NCBI RefSeq assembly: GCF_009834535.1
Contig: NC_045696.1
Coordinates: 41,046,001-41,110,000 of the forward strand
DNA from: Camelus ferus
Taxonomy: Eukaryota
Direction of reading: 5' to 3'
DNA length: 64,000 nucleotides
Shown one piece after another: positions 26,007-39,679 of this stretch; the stretch's first letter is position 1, and each line of letters opens with the position of its first letter. The notes beneath the pieces were generated by a model, which saw only the letters and a program-made list of their open reading frames with translations, was not told the DNA's origin and ran no database searches. The position numbers and the translations under genes were made by a program.

Positions 26007-27292
26007 GTAAGTGAACCATTTCTGTGTTCTGTTTTCTTTCTTGGGTATTTTCACATGCAAAAAGAAGATTCAATCTCAAAACCAGAAATTGCAAAAATGA
26101 ATTTTTTATTCAAAAATATCTCTGAATACATATTCTAATTATAATTTCTATCTAATGTAATTTATTAGAAGGCAATGCTTCGTATTTATACAAAGGCCTA
26201 TTCCTTAATGAATTAGTCACAGCAACTAACTTGCCTGCCCACTCAAGGTGAATTTTCTTTGTAGAATTAGGTGGAGCTTTTGAAACAATTTTGTCGATTA
26301 TTCTGATGCCTGAAAGAGTAAACTGTATCAGAAACCATTTATTAAAATGACACCAAAATAATCAAGTGATTATGGGAGGGCTTCAAAAATAAATTGTTGC
26401 AATAATAAATTGCTGATGGGCTGAACAGAGGGTTCAGAGTGAACCCTTATCTTCTGCACTCATCCTTTTTGTGTGAGTACTAGCTTAGAGAGATTTGACC
26501 AGATGACTTCTAAGGCCTTTCCATTGGCTGTAAGATTCTGTAAAAATGTTCTGTGTTTTTAGAGTTCCTTTTCAGCCTCTCCTTTATGAAAGGCAAAACT
26601 TCCTAATTTCCCTTTGGATTTCTTCATGCTTTGTTCACGGTGATAGGTCTTTGCCACGCACAACCATCAAATTACAGACCAACCATTTCCAAAGAGAGGA
26701 ATTTCCTTGCCAAATTCTACAGATTTACAAATAAAGCATCTTTAAGAAAGCTTAACTGTTTGTGTAACTGACTAGACTATATGCTTTATCTGTCTGTGCT
26801 TTCTCAGTTATCCTTCATTGGGAAGAAGCTGAACTCTAGCATTTTTATCCTGAATCGTGCACAACTCTCTACCCAAAGATGTAGTGTGCAAGAGGGAAGT
26901 AATCAGCCTCTAAAGGACTAATCTCACAAATCTGAATCCCAAATTATTCAGGATTTATCTAGTGATTAGATTAAAACAGTAACTAATATCATCAGTGGAA
27001 CTGATCATGGAACTAAGTAGAACTAAGTTCATTACCTTTGAAGATCTGAAATAGCTGTTGGACTAAATTGGTTATCTTTGACTAAAAGTGATTATCCGAA
27101 CCATTATTTGAAGCTCCAAAACAAGCCTAAAGAATCGGTGCTCAGCTGTTAGGGAGCAGCCCAGAAAGAAGACTCAATGTCATGAAAGGACACTCTATTG
27201 GACTAAGCAGGAGGCTGGTCCTTCTGCATCTCCCTGTTTTCTCAGTAAAGTTATGGGGAAGGCTGCTAACACTGTGATATGTTCCTCTGCAG

Positions 27293-27505
27293 GCATGCTT
27301 GGAGAACAGTTTATTCCTGGAGGACCCTATCTGACCTTATATGACTATAAAGAGGGCCAGTGGGTCCAACTCATGGGCTGGCATCATTGTACCATGTACT
27401 TCTTCTTTGGGCTAATGGGTGTGTCAAAGATCCTATGTTCCACCATCAGGTCACTTCCTGTCTCCTTAACCAAGTTAATGCTTTCAATTGCCTTACTTGT
27501 GGAGG
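27293..27505 (+). CDS. TMEM45A: TMEM45A-family coding exon 2 (MLGEQFIPGGPYLTLYDY...GWHHCTMYFFFG...LLVE)
   Basis: ctctgcag| acceptor and G|gtaagt donor. 213 nt, keeps phase 1. Conserved GEQFIPGGP and WHHxTMYFFFG motifs. Confidence 0.95.
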
Positions 27506-28763
27506 GTAAGTATGAGTGAGTATTTTTCATACACCTTTCACTATTATTGGACATTTGTCTAGCCCTTTATAATAATATTCCCTTAGTGTCCTGGGGCAGC
27601 CTTGATCCAAAGGGCCATCTGTTTGGACCATAGTGAGCTATTGAGATGTCCTAGACAGGATGCCAAAGATTTTCCCTCCCTACTGACTCATTTAGTACAA
27701 CTAGACAAGCACAATCATTCAGTGTGCTTTATTCACATTTCATATCCTTCTTAAATAACCACCTACCATGGTTATTTATCTCTGGTTTATCCTGGAGATT
27801 ATCATTATTCCATTTTTAACAAGTAAAACTGAGCTCAGAGTAGTGAAGCATGAACACCCTCAAACGAGGAGACCACTCACAGCAGAGTAGCTTCCACACC
27901 TACAAACTATCCTTTACTAATATTAATATAGTAAAACTCCAACATGACATGATAAGTAGGGTCCAAAAAATTCAGTCACATGAAAATGAGGTCATACCAT
28001 TTTTTGTTCAGTTGGCCTCTCTGTTACTGTATAGGGAAATCATGAAAACAAGTATTCAATGATTTGTTTTTATGTATTTCATATATAAGGAATAGATTGA
28101 TGCTAGGACTAAAAAAGCCCCAAATTGCCAGAAGGCAGTTATTTCCTGATGTTCACCTTGCCTCTCACATCTAAAGATAAGAGCTTTTGCGAAACACTCT
28201 TTGAGAACAAGAGCTGGATAAACATTGGGCACCAACAACCAATAGCATGACTCATTATCTCAGGGTGTTACTCTATTTTGAATGAACATCTTTCCCATCT
28301 CATCTAAATGGAAAGGGTGGAGATGAAGCTGGAATCTCTCCATGGGATTAAAAAATGTAGTTAGTTACTACTTCTTGGGAGCTTCCAGAGTAACTTACCA
28401 TACCCATCAAAGTCCACTTTTATGATTTGTGCATTTATTTGCTGCCTACAGGGGACTGAATTCCAGAGGCCAGACTTGGTCTCATTCTTCTGTGTATTGA
28501 CCCTAATTCTCACTCCCCTGCCTCCATCATGATGAATAATAATTCATCCTCTTGCATAGAAGATGCCTTGAAATATGATTAGTTGGGAATGTCATAATGT
28601 GTTGGAGGAGAGAATAAAAGTTGGGGAAGGGAAAAAGAGATTTCAGATTCCAACCTAAAGAGATGGTGATTGCAAGAGGTTTCCATTATTGTGGGAAGCA
28701 GTGAGCACCTGATATTCGGGACAAACTTGTGTCTGTAAAGTTCTGTGGTGCATGTGCCTGCAG

Positions 28764-28830
28764 AGAGAGGGAGAGAGAGAGAGGGAGAGAGAGAGAGGGA
28801 GAGAGAGATGGAGGGAGGAAGAGAGAGAAA
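28764..28830. repeat. (GA)n/(GGGA)n purine tract just upstream of a TMEM45A acceptor
   Basis: Directly visible, about 60-125 nt before exon start 28888. Confidence 0.9.
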
Positions 28831-28887
28831 CAGTAGGTATGCCTTGGTTTCACTGAAAAAGCCATTTTTTTTTTCTCCCTCTATCAG

Positions 28888-29072
28888 CTTTTGTCTTGTA
28901 CAACCACACGCATGGCCGGGAAATTCTGGACATCTTTGTGCACCAGCTTCTGGTCTTGATCGTCTTTTTGGCAGGCCTGGTTGCCTTCATAGAGCTCTTC
29001 ATACATGCTAATATAACCATAGAGCTTCTGCGGATAAGTCTGATCCTCCTCCAGGGCAGCTGGTTCTTTCAG
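28888..29072 (+). CDS. TMEM45A: TMEM45A-family coding exon 3 (AFVLYNHTHGREILDIFVHQLL...LQGSWFFQ)
   Basis: Long polypyrimidine tract ending in atcag|, donor CAG|gtgagt. 185 nt, ends phase 0. Conserved NHTHGRE and LQGSWFFQ motifs. Confidence 0.95.
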
Positions 29073-29395
29073 GTGAGTTTGAGGGCTCCAGTTAATGTTC
29101 TTGGTGATTCCACCTGTAAGCTTCTCTCTTTAATTGGTGGGCATTTTTCTCTAGACCCCAAAAACTTCCTTTTGATGTGCTGCTTATTACAGTGAGAATG
29201 TGGGCCTTTGAGAGGTGATGTTTCTTTGAGTGGCTCAGCAGCCCAGTGGGAGCGTTGACAGAGCAGCAGGGAAGGTGGGGGGTAGGTGTGCCTGTCTTCG
29301 TCACACACCCGAGTATCCATTATGTAGGAACTCGGAGCTGGTGCTTTTAGCTGGAAGCAGTTCCTGATGCCCAAGCAGCTTAAAGCCTAATGGGT

Positions 29396-29721
29396 GCAGC
29401 AACATGGATGGACCTAGAGATCATCACACTGAGTGAAGTAAGTCAGGCAAAGAAAGACAAATATTGTGTGATATCATTTATATGTGGAATCTTAAAAAAA
29501 AAAAAAGATACAAAGGAACTTATTTACAAAACAGATAGACTCATAGATATAGAAAACAAACTTATGGTTGCCAAAGGGGAAAGGAGGAAGAGGATAAATT
29601 TGGAATTTGGGATTAACAGACATATACTACTATATATGAAATAAATAAACCATGAGACCTACTGTATTACACAGGGAACTGTATTCAGTATCTTATAGTA
29701 ACTTATAATGGAAAAGAATCT
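29396..29721 (+). mobile_element. L1 ORF2 end plus 3'UTR fragment
   Basis: AATWMDLEIITLSEVSQ peptide, then an artiodactyl-type 3'UTR (cacagggaactgtattcagtatcttatagtaacttataatggaaaagaatc). No poly(A) tail seen. Confidence 0.8.
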
Positions 29722-32700
29722 TGTATCTCAATCAGTGAATATATATTTCATAGGCTGATAAATTATAATCCGACATTCATATGTATATATTAAGAAAGTC
29801 CTGGATGAAAGGTGAATGTAGTTTAATCAGGGGAGTTTTCTTAGAGGAGATTTTAGTCCCCAGAGAGTAGGGGTTTGGGGTGACGAGGTTATTTCAGGGA
29901 TTTTAGTTAAGCGTGGTAAGAATGCATTGGTAGGTGCAGGAGAGAAACGTCATGGTCAAAACGGAATAGGAAAGATGTCATATTCAAGCGTGTAGGGGAG
30001 GAGGAAGGCTTTTGCAGCAGAGGCTAGTAAAGAGTGGCTAGATTTAGTTATTGTGAAGGAAAAATGATACAGAAAAAAATAACGAGTATCTTATAATGTG
30101 ATAAAATTGATCACTAGTAAATTTAACCAGCTTGTACGCAGAAGTTATTTTGTGAGATTATCATCTGCTTGGGAAGCTAAGTAGAAAGGGATGTAAAACA
30201 CAATTGTGCATTCCATATGTCCTGATTGGAATATTTTACTATGTGTATGTATTGCCTATTCAAAAATGAAAATAAAATTTTAAAAATTTAAAAGAGGTAA
30301 CTTCTGGTCAGGATGACACGGTGAGTTTATGCTTCAGTATATCTTCTCTGCTCCAGACAGATAACAATGACAGATAAAGCATCAAAAATACCTAGGAAAT
30401 AAAAGAGAAATGTAAATAAAAAATAAAGTAAAAAAAAAACCTAGCTGCAATTAAACAACACAGACAAAAACAGGGCAAGCCACGCTGAGGACCAGATACA
30501 GAGTAGAAATGCACAGCCAGGGTAGAGCTGGGCTGCAGGTCCAGAGCAGACTGTGATGATTGGGTGTTTGGCTCCAGAACTAAAAGGAAATTAAAGGTTC
30601 CTCTTGATGTGGGGGATGAAGCCAGGCTCTTGGAACTCTTTAATTATGTTGTTTATATAACCTCGATTCCTAATTGCTTGTCATCCAGTTGATCTTTCAC
30701 TTTCTATTAGAAGTCTGCTAAAATTTTATATTGTTGTTGTGGATTTGTCAGTTTCTCCTTATTTTTGGTTTTTGCTTTAATGTTATGAGACTGTATTCTA
30801 CTTATCTTTTTCTAGGTTTTTGAGTTGAAGTTTCATTTTTTTCTTCTCAATCTTCTTGTGTTTAAATAAGTACACATAAGGTTATAGATTTCCCTCCACA
30901 CATTACTGCAGATTCCTCCCACGAGACTTGATGTGCTATAGGTTTCACTCTTGGGCAGTTATGAATGTTACATTCTCCATGTGCTTTCCTCTTTAATTTA
31001 TGAGTTATTTAGGACTGTGCTTTTAAGTTTCCAAAAATATTCTTTTTCTTTTTATTGTCTGTTTTCAATTGCATTGCTTTGTAGCCAGAGAATGTGTTCT
31101 CTTTGAAATGTGTTGAGACTTTCTGTGGAATGGAGCCCAATGTCAGTGAGAGTAAATGTTCCATGTGTTTGGAAAGAAAGTGTATTCTGTCTTTGTTGGG
31201 TTCAGGATTCTCTGTATATATCCACCAAATCAAATTTGTTAAAGAGCTAAATATTCAAGTGAAGAGATTAGAAAGTAAGAACAAAAGGGAGGAAACCCGA
31301 AGAGAGTTGAAGAAAGGGGTAATAAAGATAAGAGCAGAATAGCGAAACTAATCAGTGTTCCATTAATAATTAGTGATTAATTAAATATCCAAGGGAGGAA
31401 GCGGTGGGTTATCATAACTAAGAACAGGCTGGCTTGATGTTGTCCCTTTAGGCAGAGAAATAATGTTTTCATATTTCCCCAAGAGTTCTTCTAAGGGAGA
31501 GCTATGAGATTAAAGTCCTTGGGCATCAGTGAGATTATTTTAAAAATTTTCCAATTGTCCGTATGTCTAGACTAATATCTTTTTTCCATCTGGTGACCAG
31601 GATAAATAACGTTTGGAGACTTAAAGAAAAATGAACGTTTAATACCAATGCAAACACACACACTGGCAGGAAATGAAGGTTTAGCCATAGTGCCTCTCCC
31701 CGTGACCCCTTCGATTCCTCTGAAACAACCATGTCTGGGGACTTAGGCGGATTTATTATGCTTCCACGTTTTTTTTTGCTATGTGTAGTGTCTGAATGTT
31801 TATGCCCAAAACTCTATGTTAGGCAAATAATATTACATTGTGATTTGCTTTTCACCATATTTCTTCTCTTGCTATTTCTCCATACACTGTTAATACTAGT
31901 GCATAAACAGTATATAAACAGATTAGAGAAAGAGCGTAGTTAGATTCTTGGAACCATAAGTATGGAGACGTGAACCAAATGAGGCAAATGCTCACATTGG
32001 ACACATTTTTTACAACTCATATATGAATGATTAGGTAATAGACAAACCTAGAGGGAATTAATTCCCATCCCAACCTGTATCAGTGATTTCTTTCCTGAAC
32101 CACATTATAGCCAAATATGTTTTCTCAAAAGCCTAACCACATCATGCAATTTAAAAAAGAAAAAAAAAATCCCTTAAGCCCACTGATTCCATGAATCGTG
32201 TTTTCTCTGAGGCTTTGCATTGGAGAATATTTCTGAAGCTCACCTTTGCACTCTGTCATTCCCAAGTTCCTGCCCTTTGTTGTCAGAGCTGCAAGGCACA
32301 GTCAGAGAACAAGGAAGACTCCCTTGCTGCTGCATCTAATAATTTTGGCAATTGCTTCTGTAGCATCTCCCAGCTCCACTCATTGCCCCAGCAGCTCCCA
32401 GAACCCCCAGATCCCCGGGCCCAAACTGAAACTCAACCTTGCCTTACCTTTAAGAAAGATAAACGTTCATTCAAAAATGACAAAAAGACCCAACTATGCA
32501 GCAGTGGTCTGAAGACCCAAGTAAGCAGCAGTGGTCTGAGGTCTGATATGGTAGATCAAACACTTGCTTAGGCTTATGGTGTTGACATAAGTGATGAGAG
32601 AGGAAGATATAAAACACTAGGAAATGCAGACTAACCTGTAGTGGGCCCCTGACGTGTTACCTGTTAGAGAAGATAATTATTTACATTTTAAATGGGATAC

Positions 32701-33535
32701 TAGTGAAGCTTAAACGAGTCAAAAACAGATGTTCAGAAGTGGCGTATGAGATACAACAACAAAAAAAGTTCTTTTTCAGGCCTTTTATTTTTTCTTGGAA
32801 TTTTACATGAGGAAGCAAATTAGAATAGCAGATGAAAGAGTAGTGACTGATTTTTATATTGACAGGAGGATTTAATGGATGGTGGCATTATCTGGCCTTA
32901 TTTTTCAGCTTTCCTAATTTACTTGGTTTTAGCCTGAAATGACTTTGGAACGTTTCTATGGCTTTCCGTATAAGCACATCCGTTAACTCTGTTCACAGGC
33001 TTCACAGCGGCCTTTGGTCAAATCTTTAGCTTTTATAAAATACCAGGTTCTGAGGGTCTTAATGCGATTAGCAGGGGCACAAGGAGGGGTGCTCAAATTT
33101 CTCTTTTCCTGGAGTAAGACAGTAAACATTTGGACTGGTAGAACTGTTGATGACTGATGGAGGTGACTTAGGACAGATGTTTATTTTAGAAGCTCCAAAA
33201 AACCATTGTGACTATGGCATGGAGGGAAAAGCCTGTGAGCCTCCAGGTCTGGCAGACCTGGATCTGAATTCTAGTTCTACCATATTAATCACGTGCCCCT
33301 AGACTAGCTATTCTGTGCGTTTAGGGTTCCTCAACTGAAAAATAACGTCTCATGAGATTGTTGCTAGGATGAAACATTACAACCTGAAAGTACATCATGC
33401 CCCAAGGAGATATTGTTAATTCCATAGGAAGAGGGTTAAGAAAGCTCCCAGGAGAAGGTAGACTTGAGTTGGGATTTGAAAGCTGATTGAGAGTCACCAG
33501 TGTGTCCAGGCTTGAGCTTTAGGACAGGTGATACC

Positions 33536-33988
33536 TGTGTTAGTGTCCTAGGGCTGCGACGACAAATTCCCACAAACAAGAAGACTTCAAACAATGGAAA
33601 TTTATGCTTTCACTGTTATGGAGGCTAGAAGTTTAAAAGTCAAGGTGTCAGCATGTTGGTTTTTTCTTGGGACTCCAAAGGGAGAATTTGTTCCGTGCTG
33701 CTCTCCTAGCTGGTTGCCAGCAATCGTTGACTTTCTTGCCTTGTTGGCAGCATAACCCCAATCTCCTGCCTCCATAGTCACGCCTGTGTGTTTCTTTGTA
33801 TCTGTGTCATCACATGGCCTTCTTATAAAGGCACCAGTCTTTGGATTTAGGGCCAGTTCTGATGTCTGACCTCATCTTAACTTGATGACATTTGCAAAGA
33901 CCCTGATTCCCATTAAGGCCACATTCACAGGTATCAGGGGTTAGGACTTCAATGTGCCCTTTTGGAGGGCACAATTTAGCCTGCAGCG
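33536..33988 (-). mobile_element. MLT1 (MaLR) solo LTR
   Basis: tgtgttagtgtcctagggctg...ggaggctagaagt...caaggtgtcagca...ggggttaggacttcaa...cacaatt are MLT1B/C-like landmarks. Confidence 0.75.
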
Positions 33989-35944
33989 ACTGCTGACCCT
34001 TCCCTCTGGGAGCTGGAGGAAATCACTCTCCAAGCAGGGGTAGACGGGTTGTGTGGATGGCATTGAAGGAGCAAGCATGGGACATAGGTGGGAACTGGGG
34101 AGCTAGTCCACAGTTGATTAAACTCCATCTCCCAGAAAGATTTTTTCTTTACACAGAATTTCTCTTACCCTCCATGCGTTGCTGTGAGAGTGGTCCTGAC
34201 ATCCCAGCTGAAACTGAGAGTTGAGCATATGCCTTGAGTTTCCTTCTTGTCATTTCCAAACAATGAGCTCAGAGGATCTAAAAATTCTTGCTTTCTTCCA
34301 GGGCCTTCAGGGACCTGGGCTCTAGTCACTCTGGTCCCCACAGTGAGCTTTCCTCACAGAACATAAAGGGATATTGCAAAACACTGATATGTCCAAACAC
34401 CCAGCAAACTGGCTGGGTGACATTTTCCACATGAATATTGTAGGCTCAGATCTCTAATTTGATGAGTGACGTATGTTTTCAAGTGGTGTTAATGCCTCAG
34501 CCCTTTAGAACATATCCGTGTCCTAATATGGAGTCCCCAGCCCTTGGCAGGTGAGGTACAGCAGCAATGATGCAGGTATCTTTGCAATTGTTTGAGAATG
34601 GAGAGGCAGGCTGGTGCGTTAATAGTTTTCTTATTTCCAAAACAGAGACAACAAAGGTACTCTGTCTCCTGGGATGTGGACGAGGGCAGAAAGAAGTTAT
34701 TATGGAATACCTTGCTAATTTCAACTCATGTGATATTTTGGAAACATTTATGAATGTGACATTGGTTGATAAATAAAATGTACAGCACCAGCACAAAAAT
34801 AAGAACCTCTGTCTGGCTTGCTCCACTTGGCCAGACGAGGACTAATCTGAATGATGAATCGATAGAGAGTGCGTGTTCCTGGTCACATTTGCCACTGAGG
34901 AACACAGGTCTGGTGTTGCTGGATATTTCTATTTTTACAAAAAAGCTGAGGCTGCAGACTTTTGTGTGATGTTCCCTAATTTTTTAAATGTTGGAAACAA
35001 ATTTAAATTACTTAAAAAAATGCACAGGCCAAGCAAAGCATGTCTGTGATTTAGATGTGGCTCAAGGGCCGCCAGTCTGTAATCTGTGTTTTAAGGGCAA
35101 AACAGTACCGTGTTTTCCTGGGACCAACTTCCGTCTCATTACTGATTGTTCAAATTGTATCAAAATGGCTCAAGCTGACCCTGTTATCCAAGCTGCTGTC
35201 CTTCATATTGTCCCACGGAGAAAGGCTAACTGATGAAGGAGAGTGTGGGGTAGAAGAAGGAACACAGAGAGGTTTTAGTGCTGGACACTTGTAGTTTGGA
35301 ACCCTGTCTGTCATTCATCCATTTTGTAATTTTGGGGAAGTTACTGAGGTCTCTGAGTTCCAGTTTTACCCTCTGTAACATGAGGATAATGATATCTTCT
35401 CCTTGGGGTTATTGTGAGGATGAGAATTATTGTGAAGTTAATGTTCGTCAGTGAGGTTAAAGATATACAGTGGTATATCTACCAGTTGGTACAAATGGTA
35501 GTTCTCCTTCCAACTAAAGGGAATCCTTTAAAATGGGAAATGGGAACAAGTGATTAAGGTACAAATCTTAGTTTTCCCTGATTTATTTAAATTACTTGAA
35601 ATTTCCAACAGAATGGAATTAAGGTTTCACTCAATAGTATAGACTAAGCGCTTTTTTTTTCTGTTAAGATTTCATTTGTTAGATGTATGATCAGGGGCAA
35701 ATCACTAAACCACCCAATTTTCTTATCTGGTTAATAAGGATAATAATATATTAAATTGGGATAATAATACATTATTGAAGGGCTAGTGTAAGGAAACTTC
35801 CTAAGCACTGTAACTGCACGTAGTTTGCTAATGTATGGTAGACATTTGTACAATTATCCATGTAATTATCTCGGTCTTGTATTTCATTAGATCTCGAGAC
35901 CTGACATCTGTTCATCCGTCTGTCTGTCTGTCATCCATCTATCT

Positions 35945-38900
35945 TAATTTTTTATTAGAATAAAATTCACATAGAATTAACCATTTATTTTTCTTCCAGT
36001 TTTATTGAGAAATAATTGACATACAGCACTGTATAGATTTAAGGTGTGCAGCATAATGATCTGACTTACATACATCACGACTTACATACAACGCAGTGTT
36101 TAACGAACATCCATCATCTCATGTAGAAACATAATTAAAGAAATAAAAAAATTTTTTTCCTTGTGGTAAAAACTCTTAGGATTTACTTTCTTAACAACTT
36201 TCATATATAACATACAGCAGTGTTAATTATATCAATTGTATTGCACATTATATTACTTATTTATCTTACAACTGGAAGTTTGTACCTTTTGACTGCCTTC
36301 ATCCAGTTCCTCCTCCTCCCACCTCCCACCTCTGGTCACTACCAGTCTGATCTCTTTTTATGTGGGTTTACTTGTTTGTTTGTTTTTGAACTATAACTGA
36401 CCTATGACACTATATTAGTTCCTGGTGTACAACATAATGATTTGATATTTCTATACATTTCAAAATCATCTTCATGATAAACTAGTTGTCATCATTCACC
36501 ATACAAAGATATTACATAATTATTGACTATAATCCCCACTCTGTACATTTCATACCAAAGACTCATTTATTTTGTAACTGGAAGGTTTGTACCTCTTAAT
36601 CTCCCTCACCTCTCTCTCTGATCTCCCAACCCCTTTCCTTTCTGGTAACATTAATTTGCAGATACTAAATACTATATATAAAATAGATAAACAGCAGGTT
36701 TCTTCTGTATAGCACAGGGAACTATATTCAATATCTTATAGTAACCTATAATGAAAAAGAATATGAAAACAAATATATATATATATGTATATGTATGACT
36801 GAACTAATACCCTGTATGCCAGAAATTGACACAATATTGTAAACTGACTATATTCAATAAAAAATAAAATAAAAGTATATAGCTCAGAGGCATTTAGTAC
36901 ATTCACAGTATTGTGCAACTATTACCTCTGCTTAGTTCTAAGATATTTTCATCACCCCAGAAGGAAACCCTGGACCCATTAAACAGTCCCTCCCTCTTCC
37001 TCTCTTCCCAGCCCCTGGTAGCCACTAATCTGCTTTCTGGCCCTATGGATTTACCTATTCTAGATTTTTCATGTTAACAGAATCATATAATATGTTACCT
37101 TTTATGTCTGGCATCTTTTCCTAACATAGTGTTTTCAAGATTCATCTGTGTTGCATTATTTATTTGTATGTCATTTTTTATGGCTGAGTAATATTCTGTT
37201 GTATGGATATACCACATTTTGCTTACTCATCATCAGTTGACAGACATTTGGATTTGTTTTCAGCTTTTGGCTATTGTGAATAATGCTGCTATGAACATTT
37301 GTGTACAAGTTTTTGTTTGAATACCAGTTTTCAGTTATTTGGGGTATATATAGTACCTATAATGAAATCGTCAGGTCATGTGATAATTCTACATTGAACT
37401 TTTTGAAAAACTATCAAATTGTTTTCCACATGGCTGTACCATTTTACATCCCCACAAGCAATGTGTAAGAGTTCCAGTTTCTCTATATCCTTACCAACAC
37501 TTGTTACTTATTATTATTATTATTACCCTAGTGGGTATGAAGTGGTATTTCATAGGGTTTTGATCTGCATTTCTCTAATAATTAATGATATTCATAATCT
37601 TTTCTTGAGCTTATCGACTGTTTGTTTACCTTCTTTTGGGAAATGAGTCTTCTAGTCCTTTGCCCATTAAAATTTTTTTTGTCTTTTTGCTGTGTTTTAG
37701 GAGTTCTTTATGTATTCTAGATATCAATTCCTTATCAGATATATGATTTGCAAGGATTTCCTCCCATGCTGTGGGTTTTCCCCTTTTCTTGATAGTGTTC
37801 TTTAATGCACAGAAGGTTTTAATTTTGATGTGCTTTTGGTGTCATGTAAAAGAAATCAGCATCAATCCCAGGCCATGAAGCTTTTCCCTTACATTTTCTT
37901 CTAAGAGTTATGGTTTTAGTTCTCATGTTTAGGCCTTTGATCCATCTTCAGCTAATTTTTATATGTGGTGTAATGTAAGGGTCCAAATTCATGTTTTTCA
38001 TGTGGATTTCCAGTTGTTCGAGCACCATTTGTTGAAGAGACTAATTTCTCCCATCAAATGCCTTGGCATTCTTGTCAAAAGCCAATTTACTAGAGGGTAT
38101 TTATCTCAGTTCAATTTCATTGATCTGTAGTTCTATCATTGTGTTAATACTAAAATGTTTTGATTACTGAATTTTTTGTAGTGAGTTTTGAAATCAGTAA
38201 GTGTGAGTCTTCCAACTTTTCTTTTTCAAGATTGTTTTGGCTACTCTGGATATCTTGCAATTCCATATAAATTTTAGGATCAGCCTTCCATTTCTGCAAA
38301 AACGGTTATTGGTATTTTGATAAGGATCACATTGAATCTGTAGATTGTTTTATGTGTTATTGCCATCTTAACAATATTAAATATTCCCATCCATGAACAT
38401 GAAATATACTTCTGTTTATTTAGATCTTCTTCAATCTCTTTCAACGGTGTTCTGTAGTTTTCAAAGTATAAGCCTTGAACCTCCTTGATTAAATTTATTC
38501 CTAAGTATTTTGTTCTTTTAAATGCTATTTTAAGTGGAATTGTTTTGCTAACTTAATGTTTTTGGATTGTTCATTACATGTTTATAGAAATACAGCTGAC
38601 TTTTGTGTGTTGTTTTTGTATTCTGCAAGTATGCTAAATTCATTTATTAGCTCTAACAGTTTTTTGTGGATTCTTTAGGATTTTATATACATATATATGT
38701 GTATATGTATATATATGTGTATATATGTATATATATGTGTGTGTATATATATATACATATAAGCATGTCATTTGTGAATATAGATAGTTTTACTTCTTCC
38801 TTTGCAATCTGGATAAACTTTATTTTTCTTTTTACTTTTTGGTATATATACATATATATATTATTGTATAGTCAGTTTACAATGTTGTATCAATTTCTGG

Positions 38901-39185
38901 TATACAGCATAATGCTTCAGTCATGCATGAACATACATATATTTGTTTTCATATTCTTTTTCACCATAAGTTACTACAAGATATTGAATATAGTTCCCTG
39001 TGCTATACAGTATGAACTTGTTGTTTATCTATTTTATATATATATTTCTTGACTAATTGCTCTGGCTAGAGTTTCTAGTACAATGTTGAATAGAATTGGT
39101 AAAATAAGACACCCTTGTCTTGTTCCTGATCTTAAGAGAAACATTCAGTCTTTTATCACTTGAACATAATGTTACCCATTCACAT
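35945..39185 (-). mobile_element. Old L1 (L1MB-like) 3' ~2.3 kb carrying nested younger L1 3' ends (~35986-36650 minus, 36652-36873 plus, ~38860-39050 minus) and a (TA/TG)n tract at 38686-38760
   Basis: Antisense ORF2 and 3'UTR landmarks (gcatttagtacattcacagtattgtgcaac; cttttggctattgtgaataatgctgctatgaac; aagtgtgagtcttccaac). The host sequence is interrupted at ccattt|aaagt. Confidence 0.85.
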
Positions 39186-39533
39186 TTATTTATTTTAAAA
39201 TCTTTTTTTAAACTCTAATTTGAAATAACTGAGTGAAACTATACCACTTAGAAACCTAACACATTCTCTGAAAGTTCACCAATCCCCAGAGATGATTACT
39301 ATTCATATTTTGAAACTGATTTTTAAACGTCCTTAATATTTTTTTTCAAAAATGCAATCTGGTAGATACTGTCTATATTTCTAAAACAAGCAGCAGATAT
39401 CTTATCTGTAGCATCTCAGATAATGGGAGTTAGCTTAGTTACCATTAATCTTGGAACAAAGCATTTTGAAATGCACCATCTTCAGGAATATGACTGGTAC
39501 TTTTTAATGTGTCCTTTTTGTTTTAAATTACAG

Positions 39534-39679
39534 ATTGGTTTTGTCCTTTATCCCCTCAATGGAGGTCCTGCATGGGATTTAGTGGATCATGACAATATTA
39601 TGTTTCTCACCATATGCGTCTGTTGGCATTATGCATTCACCATTATCATCATTGGAGCAATTTATGCCTTTGTCACCTG
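39534..39679 (+). CDS. TMEM45A: TMEM45A-family coding exon 4 (IGFVLYPLNGGPAWDLVDHDN...CWHY...AFVT-W)
   Basis: ttacag| acceptor and TG|gtaagt donor. 146 nt, ends phase 2. Confidence 0.95.
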
